NCBI RefSeq assembly: GCF_001194135.2
Contig: NC_068982.1
Coordinates: 71,465,330 to 71,529,329 of the forward strand
Direction of reading: 5' to 3'
DNA: 64,000 nt
Origin: Octopus bimaculoides
Taxonomy: Eukaryota
A program made the translations under genes and the position numbers. Positions within the stretch are counted from its first letter, which is position 1, and every line of letters starts with the position of its first letter. Shown one piece after another: positions 24,911 through 34,680 of the stretch. The notes under the pieces are model-generated. The model was not told the DNA's origin, made no database searches, and saw only the letters and a list, made by a program, of their open reading frames with translations.

Positions 24911-26094
24911 ACCTAAGGGGGGGGGGGTCATCTAATATGTCTGTACATCTTGTGTGCCATCAGACATGGTATAGTTAGGAGGATGAACTATATCCTACCT
25001 TAATGTTCTACATCACAGTCATCAGCTACAGTAGCACATACTTGGAAGAACTGGTGTTCAATGAATTAGAAATACATTTTGAAGGAGAAGTAAAGTGGGT
25101 GACTATTTTATTTAAGAGTGGGAAGATCTTTGTGAAATTCATCATAAGCTAAATAATTAGAAATGAACTTATCCATGTGCGAGGGACTTACTCATGTCCC
25201 ACTTCAGCACATGGAACAAGTTGACATACAAGAGGATCGTGTTCTGGTCTTTTTGATGTGAAGACAGATAAATAGTCCTTACTTAACTATGTTATTTGAT
25301 TAAAACTGAACCTAACGAGATGAGGTTTTAAGTATGACACTGTTTGTGTGATTGTGTATTATTTGCAGATCTATTCATTGAGAAGACACAATCTACAGTG
25401 TGAGAATAAATCTGTAGCAGTTACCCAACATCAAAGCTAAAAAAAATTTGACAGAAATAGTACAGACACAGGATCTAGTTGAATAGTGAGCATGATGCAT
25501 GGAAAAAAAAAGAATAAAAATAAAAAAAAAAGCATATCTATTACTTATGCCAAAGATAATATCAATTTAATTAAGCAAACTTGAATTAATGATTATTATA
25601 AAAAGGAAGTTCTGTTATGCATATCGTTTCAAATCTCATATATCTTTTGATCTGATGTGTGCAGCAAAGAGGAACATTTACTATTCATGTAAAAGGTGAG
25701 GGGGGGTGACTACAAATTTTTTTTTAGCTATTTCATACGTGTATGCAAATGAAGAAAAGCTCAAGTTTTTTGTTTTGTTTTTTTTTCCCCACTCAATTGT
25801 TGTTACACGTGTGTCCTTAGCAATGTGAAGAGCAATTATGAAAAGTTACATGAAAAGAAAATACCACTGTCAATAAGCGACAATGAATTTGTATTTCAGT
25901 GGAAGGGTGGTGATCAATAACAAGTTGATTGAATAGTCACGTCTTTCATTATTGATCTTAGACTATGCAGTTTAATTGATAAATTGACATTCTTATCCTA
26001 TAAAGTCACATGATTAAACCTCGAGACGATATATATACATGTGTATATATGATGTACAATTGAGATATTTATGTCGCTGAGGACATGTGAAGTT

Positions 26095-26256
26095 GGCTCC
26101 GTGGCGGTATGGTAAGATGTCTGCTTCCTAATCTCATGGTTCTGGGTTCAATCCTGCTGCATGGCACCTTGGACAAATGTCCTCTACTGTAACCCCATAC
26201 TGACCAAAACCTTGTAAGTGGATCTGGTAGATGGAAACTGAAAAAAGCCCATCATT

Positions 26257-26310
<54 letters not shown>

Positions 26311-26430
26311 GTGTGTGTGTGTATATGTGTTACTGTATTGTCTTGACATCATGTGATAGTATGCAAGTGTCACCATCATAAAAGTGATGTCCTTGGTTTC
26401 CCCGTCTTGTTGAACCTGGAGAAATATTAC
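26095..26430 (+). mobile_element. SINE family A copy with an internal (TA)n tract
   Basis: tggttctgggttcaatcctgctgcatggcaccttggacaaatgtcctctact ... ggtagatggaaactgaaaaaagccc. Confidence 0.8.
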
Positions 26431-26750
26431 TTGGAAACATTAAAACAATGATGATTTGTTACCAAAGCTATGAATGACAGCTGTTTATTGGGTCATAAGG
26501 ACAACTACTTCATTTGGGTCGATTCATATAAAATACGTCAGCAGTTTCTGAATGTGTAAAAACATTACTTGATTATGAAACAATTCCTAACACTAAACTG
26601 GTAAATTAAAAAAAACTTTGGTTTCAATTATTAATCAACGATGGCATTAAACTGGCAATGCGTACTGTAAGAGGAATAATATTTCATCATCATTTAGTGT
26701 TCGTCTTCCATGCTAGCAAAGGTTCCAAAGGATTGTATTGAGTCTCACTG

Positions 26751-27175
26751 TTTGTTTCAGTATGACTTTTATGGCTGATATCCTTCCTAATGCCAACTAC
26801 TCTACAGAGTGTACTTGGTGTTCTTTTTTTTTTTGTGACACCAGCACTAGTGAGGTTACAAAGTAATTCGTAAGGCAAGACAAGAAAAATCCTTTGACTA
26901 AGTAAGGTGGTAGCAGAGAGGGTGGTGGCTTTATGCCAGATGTTGAGAGGCTAAAGTTTGACAGACAGACAGACAGACAGGTATGTTTTGTTACTGAGGA
27001 GACACATAAAACAAAGCAACCCTACTTAGTCAAAGGATTTTTCTTGTTTTGTCTTACAAGTTACTTGGTAACCTCACTAGTGCCGGTGTCACAAAAAAAA
27101 AAAAGCACCAAGTACACTCTGTAGAGTAGTTGGCATTAGTCGGATATTCAGCCATAAAAGCCATACTAAAACAAA
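26751..27175. repeat. Fold-back inverted repeat: arms 26751-26907 and 27020-27175, ~112-bp spacer, SINE C derived
   Basis: The reverse complement of the right arm aligns to the left arm at roughly 90% identity by eye, including perfect blocks such as ctaatgccaactactctacagagtgtacttggtg and acaagaaaaatcctttgactaagta. Confidence 0.93.
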
Positions 27176-27232
27176 TATCTTAGATTGCAGGGATCTTTCT
27201 CCTGTTTGTGTGTTTAGTCAAGTATATGTATG

Positions 27233-27576
27233 TGTGGAGGTGCAATGGTTTCGATTCCCAGACCGGGCGTTGTGAGTGTTTATTGAGCGAAAAACACCTA
27301 AAGCTCCACGAGGCTCCGACAGGGGATGGTGGTGAACCCTGCTGTAATCTTTCACAACTTTCTCTCACTCTTCCTGTTTCTGTTGTGCCTGTAATTCAAA
27401 GGGTCAGCCTTGTCACACTGAATATCCCCGAGAACTACGTTAAGGGTACACATGTCTGTGGAGTGCTCAGCCACTTGCACGTTAATTTCACGAGCAGGCT
27501 GTTCCGTTGATTGGATCAACTGGAACCCTCGATGTCGTAAGTGACGGAGTGCCAACAACAACAACAACAACAACAA
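27233..27576 (+). mobile_element. SINE family E copy with internal deletions, inserted in a (TATG)n tract
   Basis: Co-linear with 11499-11900 but lacking 42 bp of the tRNA-like head; (CAA)n tail. Confidence 0.92.
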
Positions 27577-27619
27577 TGTATGTATGTATATATAGGTCCA
27601 TGTTAGAAATCATTATTAT

Positions 27620-28735
27620 TAAGGCAATGAGCTGTTAGAATCGTTAGCACACTGGGCAAAATGCTGCTTAGCAGCATTTCGTTGGTCTTTATTTTCTGAG
27701 TTTGAATTCTGCTGAGGTTGACTTTGCCTTTCATCCTTTCTGGGTCAATGAAAAAAATACTTAAAATTTGAAACCCTCATTATTATTATTATTTAGGATT
27801 GTGGAATTGGTAGAAATGTTAGAGCAGTGGACAAAAGACCTTATTATATATTTGTTTGTTCTGGTGGTAGATCAGCAAAATTATTAGAGCATCAGGATAA
27901 ATAAAATAGTGTTTTGCTGTATTTCTTTTGGACTCTTTACATTTTGATTTCAAATCCCGTCAGAGTCAACATCGTCTTTCATCTCTCCAGGAGTCAATAA
28001 AATAAAGTATTAGTCATGTACTAGAGGTGATGTAATCAACTGACCTCTTCTTCTCAAAACTGCTGTAGTTATGTCAATGTTCAAAATAATTTTTTGAACA
28101 GGGTTTCACAGAACCAATAGAGCATTGAACAAAATGCTTTGCAGTGTCTAATTAAATGCTTGCATATTCGGAATTCAAATCCTGTTAAAGTAACAATGCT
28201 TCTGCAGGTTGATAAATGAACAAACAGTTTGGTTCTAGGGTCATTTCAGTCAACTGTGCCCTTCTAAGATGGTTAGACTTATACCAAATTTATTATCATT
28301 ATTACTGGCAAAATCAGTGTGTCAGAAAAGAACATCTCGTATTTGTTCCAAGTCCTTACACTCTGATTTCAAATCTTGCTGAGGTCAACTTTTTATTTCC
28401 CTGGGGTGGGTTGATAACATTGAAGTAAGCAGTTATATACTAGGGTGGTGTGATCAACTAACTCCTACCACCTCAAAATTGTTGTGCTTGTAGTTAATCA
28501 GAACCCACTCTAATAATTAAAGGCAGCCATCAGGCAGAATTATTAGCATGTCAGATAGAATACTTTGTGGAATTTTTTACGGCTCTTAACATTTCCGAGT
28601 TCAAATAAGAGAGGTCAGGTTTGCCTTTCATCCTTTTGGGGATCGATAAAATAAAGTACCAGTCAAGTACTGTAATCAACCAAGATAACCAAAAATTGCT
28701 GGCCTTGTGCCAAAATTAGAAACATTATTATTACT
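27620..28735 (+). mobile_element. Array of about six head-to-tail SINE B copies of different ages
   Basis: Heads at about 27620, 27795, 27865, 28100, 28305 and 28520; most copies end in an att/aat-rich tail. Confidence 0.75.
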
Positions 28736-29139
28736 GTTTGCAAATCTTGAGTCTTTGAATTCACACATGCCGTGTTCCTGGCAATAGCATTAATTCACTG
28801 TATGACATCATTTCCTACACTTAAGCTTCGTTGGGTAAAACAGTCCCATCCTACCCCCTCTGTCGCTCATGTATGAATAAGATATTGTGAATAAGTGCCA
28901 TGAAGCATATCAACCAACCAACCAACTGGATATAACCTTGTACTTGAGTTAATTTCATAAGCAATTAGGGTTTCAGCTTCGTCACTAAGTTTATATTGAA
29001 TAAAAGCCGGCATTTGGTGGAAGATCAAAGACAAAGGGGAATTATTCTGTTTTCAAAAGAGTTATTAGATCTCCAAAGGTAAGCTGTCTGGGACATCGCA
29101 AGGAAAGGTTTAATTGTACCTTAATAAATACGCACATCA

Positions 29140-29250
29140 TCATCATCATCATCGTTTAACGTCTGCTTTCCATGCTAGCATGGGTTGGACGATTTGACTG
29201 AGGACTGATGGACCAGGTGGCTACACCAGGCTCCAATCTGATTTGGCACA
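29140..29250 (-). mobile_element. SINE family C 3' tail
   Basis: catcatcatcgtttaacgtctgctttccatgctagcatgggttggacgatttgactgaggact is the reverse complement of the 8040-8110 tail. Confidence 0.9.
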
Positions 29251-29282
29251 CATGCATATTATATTATGGTGCATTTGTATGT

Positions 29283-29570
29283 GTGAAGGCACATGGCCTA
29301 GTGGCTAAGAAATTTGCATTCATGTAAGGTTGTGATTTCAGTTCCCAGACCAGTGGTGTGTTGTGTTCTTGAATAAAATACTTCATTTCCCATTGCTCCA
29401 AGCCCACTCAGCTATAAACAACCCTGTGATAAATTGGGGTTCTGTTCAGAGGGTTCCGTTGGCCTGCTTGCCTACCTAGTAGGGTGGCATCATTTGAAAG
29501 TTACAACAACGCGGAAAAGCACATTGTCACCAGCAGTGTATATACATCTAACAGCCTAATGAATCCAGTG
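29283..29570 (+). mobile_element. SINE family D-related copy
   Basis: gtgaaggcacatggcctagtggctaag head and tgtgttcttgaataaaatacttcatttc body. Confidence 0.7.
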
Positions 29571-29588
29571 ACATACATACGGCTACAA

Positions 29589-29632
<44 letters not shown>

Positions 29633-29642
29633 NNNNNNNNNN

Positions 29643-29684
<42 letters not shown>

Positions 29685-30510
29685 CGTACTAAAGACTAGT
29701 GTCGACAGAATGCAGTAATTGAAATGTAAACCATAGCCTTTTCAGGTTAGTTTGTTATGTAGAAATCATGGCACTGTTGTTGGGTCATGTTGATGAACTT
29801 AGATCTAGAAGCCATGTGGAGTATTCATTGAAACTGATTAACTGGCAGAAATTGTAAGATGCCAGATTAAGTGCTTTGTAGTATTTACTTACAGTCTCAG
29901 TTCAAATTATGGGCTCAGCATTGACTTTCATTCCAAATGAAATGATACAAGTATTGGAAGTTGATTCATTCAACTGCTTTCTTGTTTGCTTTCAAAATGC
30001 GCAACATCATATTCAAGTTGGAAATGATCGTTGCTAGAGCAAATTGAGGACTGGTTCCTTGAACCTTTTTTTTTTTTGCCTTGGTTTCTGTAATGTCTAA
30101 TTCTCAGCTAGGTCATTCTTGTACTGCAGCTAATTTTCACATGGTGCAAAGGCACAAAAGAGAGGCTTTTTATTATCATTATTATTATTATTTTGGTGAG
30201 TAGAGGAAATATATCTTTATAAATTGACAAGGATCTTAAACTAAACGAGATATTTCTAGTCGTAACAAGCAAGATCCTTATGTGTGTGTGTATGAGTGTG
30301 CATTCTCTCACACACACAAGATTAGTTCTTAATTAAAATTGTCGGCCAATACATAGTAGTTTTCTTATGTGAAAACCTTACAAGTTTATTTACATTTTCC
30401 AAAAAGTGTTGATAAACTAAAATAAAAACCAATGGTATAAAATAAGATCTTTGGCAGGCTGTTCTCTGATACTCTTGTACTTATGAAATCAGCCTGTTAC
30501 TAAAGCCCTA

Positions 30511-30623
30511 TCATTTCTACTCACATAGCTAAGTTTACCCTGTGTGAATGTGTGTATATTTAATATATATATACACATACATACACACTGACAGGGTAAA
30601 CTTAGCTATGTGGCTAGGAATGA
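30511..30623. other. Long hairpin: perfect 22-bp stem plus partly paired TA/CA-rich loop (pre-miRNA-like or mini-MITE)
   Basis: cacatagctaagtttaccctgt (30522-30543) is the exact reverse complement of acagggtaaacttagctatgtg (30591-30612). Outer tcatt/aatga and inner tgtgtatat/atatacaca also pair. Confidence 0.9.
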
Positions 30624-30671
<48 letters not shown>

Positions 30672-31539
30672 CAGATATTTAATGCCTGGTTTTAAAAGTG
30701 TATGACTAATGTATGTGTAAAGCTATAGATATTTCTTTGTGTGTGTGTGTATCTATGTATATATATATGTATATATTTATTTGTGTATGTGTGAGTGTCT
30801 GTTTATTAATGTGTATGCGCGCCCACATTAAAAGACTATTGTGGAGACTAAAGCATAACACTGCTTTTATTATTACTCGGCTGTAATTTAATTTAGCTGA
30901 ATGCCTGTCGAGTGCTGCAGCTAGACGGTGGTCTGAGCTAGCTTAGTTAAAACTCGCAGTCAATCATACGATCAAAGCATGCGGCAAGCTGCTTTGATCT
31001 TTCTTTTCTTCCTTTTTAACTGTTTATTTTATTTTGTTTGTTTATTTATAAAACTTCATGCTCAAGGAAAGTAAAATAATAAAAAAAATAACTATATATA
31101 CATATATACAACATTATATAGATTGTCCTATATTTTAAGGAAGTGAAAAAAAATAACAAAAAAAAAATAAACGCCCTATGTGTTGTGTGCGCGCTTTGTT
31201 ACTCCTGTTCCTTCTCTCTCTCTCTCCCCATAACTGGCTCCTTTGAATGAGGGTTGGGGGCATATCAACTTCGGTTCGCTGTCAGTGTCCCATCAACAAA
31301 CAACCTTGTTGAACCAAAAAACTCTTCAACAGTGTTTTAAAAGATCGCCATTTCAAGCCGGAAAAAAGTTACTAATTTGCTCAACTCTTCCCATTCGATT
31401 AACAAGAAAGCAGACTAACAGACACGGGTTTTGTTAGTAGTGTGGTTTGTTTTTTGGAGTGTCGTGTATGACCCATAAGAGACGGGTGGGTGGATATTAT
31501 AAATAAATAAATGAATAAAATTGTCTTGTTCTGTTTCAT

Positions 31540-31920
31540 AGACACTGAGCGGCCCTCAATTTAAATATAATAGTTTCCGATTTGGAGTACAATGCCAATG
31601 ATGTTTATTATAGTAGAGATGTGTTTCGTTGGTACTTATTTTATTTTGAGGGGTTGAAAGGCAAAGTTAACCTCGGCGAGACTTGAACTCAGAATCTAAA
31701 GAACCAGAACAAAATGTTGCAAAGTATATTTTCTGACACACTAATGATTCTGAGTAATAATGCCTTCTTATGTATTACATAGACACAAGGCCTGACATTT
31801 TGAGGGGGAGGGGGAGTTGCTTTACACTGGCCCCAAGACTTTTACCGACCCTGAAAGGGTGAAAGGCAAAGTTGACCTCATCGGGATTTGAACTCTGAAC
31901 GTAAAGGTCGGAAGAAATTA
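31540..31920 (-). mobile_element. Two SINE B copies in tandem
   Basis: gaaaggcaaagttaacctcggcgagacttgaactcag and gtgaaaggcaaagttgacctcatcgggatttgaactctgaacg. Confidence 0.8.
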
Positions 31921-32282
31921 ATAATAATAATAATTCTTACCGAGGCACAATAAAGGTTTTATTGAAAGTATTTATTCATGTCCCAAGGCTATGAGACACG
32001 TAAGCGATCGGGAATGGTTCGACCGGAAATCGAAATCAAGTCATCTCTCTCTCTCTCTGTGTGGGTGCTTAAAAAGACAAAAAAAAAAAATCAAACAATT
32101 ATCATTATGATTTATTTAAATACAAAAGCCACTACTTCATTAATTACAGAAGTTTAGTAGTTGTGTAGTGAGAGAACTAGAACTGTATGACATTCGTGCA
32201 TTGATTGGCCAAGGGTAAATTATTAAGCTTCTTGATTGAAGTGAAAATAAATGACTTCAGCAGCTGGGAATCGAAACCTTAC

Positions 32283-32306
32283 GTTACGGATTTGGCTTAT
32301 CTGGTG
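32283..32306 (-). CDS. Candidate 24-nt microexon (phase 0 HQISQIRN), unidentified gene
   Basis: Minus strand reads tttgttttctatttattttgcag|CACCAGATAAGCCAAATCCGTAAC|gtaagg, with strong acceptor and donor in unique sequence. No homology recognised. Confidence 0.35.
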
Positions 32307-32648
32307 CTGCAAAATAAATAGAAAACAAAAAATTAATTAAAAAAACACAGTTGCTGCAAAAGGACTTCTAGTATTAGAACAAAATTGATAATAATGATTT
32401 TCGTTCTTCTCTCTTTGTTGTCTACAATGTTGCATGTGTCTATATTTTTTCTTAAAAGTCGAATTAGGTTAGTGTCCTGTTGGAACAAGATTTTTTTTTT
32501 CTACTTCAGCTCGTTTTTCTTTTTTAAATTAATTTTATTCGTATTTTATTTTCCTATCTAAAAGTTAAGGAAAGAAGAAAAGAAAAATGGCCGAACACAC
32601 TGTTATGAATATTATACACAAAAACGTAATAGTTTTGTGAAGTGAAGT

Positions 32649-32687
<39 letters not shown>

Positions 32688-34329
32688 CAGTTGAATATTA
32701 AATTGAAGGATCAGTGAATACTTTTTGGTAGACTGCCATATTTAATCTAATGACGGCTATGTAGCCAAAACTTCGAAGTTACTATTAATCTTTTCACTAT
32801 AAAAAAGCAAAATTAGCGTGCGCACACATGTATGTATGTACGTGTATAATAGATAGATAAGACCTAACATCCAAAGTACCAGTGTGAAGATAATTTTTAC
32901 TNNNNNNNNNNNNNNNNNNNNNNNNNNNNNNNNNNNNNNNNNNNNNNNNNNNNNNNNNNNNNNNNNNNNNNNNNNNNNNNNNNNNNNNNNNNNNNNNNNN
33001 NNNNNNNNNNNNNNNNNNNNNNNNNNNNNNNNNNNNNNNNNNNNNNNNNNNNNNNNNNNNNNNNNNNNNNNNNNNNNNNNNNNNNNNNNNNNNNNNNNNN
33101 NNNNNNNNNNNNNNNNNNNNNNNNNNNNNNNNNNNNNNNNNNNNNNNNNNNNNNNNNNNNNNNNNNNNNNNNNNNNNNNNNNNNNNNNNNNNNNNNNNNN
33201 NNNNNNNNNNNNNNNNNNNNNNNNNNNNNNNNNNNNNNNNNNNNNNNNNNNNNNNNNNNNNNNNNNNNNNNNNNNNNNNNNNNNNNNNNNNNNNNNNNNN
33301 NNNNNNNNNNNNNNNNNNNNNNNNNNNNNNNNNNNNNNNNNNNNNNNNNNNNNNNNNNNNNNNNNNNNNNNNNNNNNNNNNNNNNNNNNNNNNNNNNNNN
33401 NNNGTAGGAGATCGTGATAGATGGGGTGGGTACTGTATGGGTGGATGGATGGATAGCATGAGCTTATACCGTTTGCAGATTAGGGAGATTTTGTTTTTTT
33501 GTTAAAAAAAAAAAGAAAAAAAACAACCACTAAAAAGATGTTTTAACAGAGCAGATCGGAAACGTCTGATTTGGCACTCATTTTGTCTCATTTGCCGACT
33601 ACGTTTAGCAATAAGCAACCACTTATAGTCACCTATGGTTAAAAAAAATGTGTGTGGGTGAACACAGAAGCTAAGATATACCACCAGAGAGATAAATTTA
33701 TATATATATATGGTATACTTTGAACACCGGGATGTGTATTTATTTTAATTAGAAATAGTCTTTTTTTTTTTTTCCTTCATTCCATTTTTTTAATGGAATG
33801 ACAAGCTAAACTCCTATTTTCTGCTAAAAATTAAAACCTGTTAAGTTTTAATTTTAGCCACTCTATATGGACAGGGGTATCTAACTTGTTGCAAGAATGT
33901 TTTGAACGGCAGTTTCTTCTAAGATCTAATTAGTAATTAGTAATACAAAGTTACATTAGGTTTCTTGGTCTGCTCTGGTACATATAATTATTTCGTTCGC
34001 TGACATAGTTTTCAATTCCCGCAGTCTATAACCAAAGTTAATGTGTGTGTGTGTGTGTGTGAGGAAGAGAAATATACACCGATACCTTTGTCAGAAATCT
34101 GCGTGATGTATGAGTGGTGGGGACAAAGAGACCCCTTAATACATCTGTAACAAATCTGTATGTATGGATATATATATATATATGTATAAGGGATCCTAAT
34201 AATACTTTAGTGAGAAGGAATGCGTGCGTGTTTGTTAAGCTACAAGCTCTTGTTTTGATTTTCTATTAGAATTGCTTCCATCTCGAACACCTTAAGGGAA
34301 AGAATGAATGCCACAGTATACTATTTATA

Positions 34330-34680
34330 TTTTCCGAAATGTCATACCTATGTAAGGAAGTGCGCGGTGCGCCTTCATAGCCGGAAGCGACCGAGTGGAT
34401 AGCTTCACCGCATCCCCCCCCTCTCGCCGTTCGTTGACATCTCTAACCTAAGGTAGACGTTTCAGTTGTCATCTTTTTCACCCTCCCACTCATATCGCAT
34501 TATACTACTTACCTCCAGATATTATTAAACGGTGCATCCATTTTCGTTAGCCGTAAATAAAAAATGAAGGCTGTTGTACGTCGACTAAGGATTCTGATAA
34601 AGTCAGTTTAAAGTTACACAGGCCGGGCGTTTTAACAATTGTCCCGCCATCTGAATAATTACACACATAGACGCACCCTG
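34330..34680. promoter_or_regulatory. CpG-rich promoter-like segment with ETS-type motifs
   Basis: Dense CpGs in unique sequence (gcgcggtgcgcc, gccggaagcgaccgag, ggccgggcg), GGAAGTG and CCGGAAG motifs, and an adjacent minus-strand donor gtaagt at 34512. Confidence 0.4.
34513..34596 (-). CDS. Candidate exon with ATG at 34541 (MDAPFNNIW...)
   Basis: Minus strand: ctgactttatcag| acceptor, gaaaATGG start context and GAG|gtaagt donor. No homology recognised. Confidence 0.3.
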
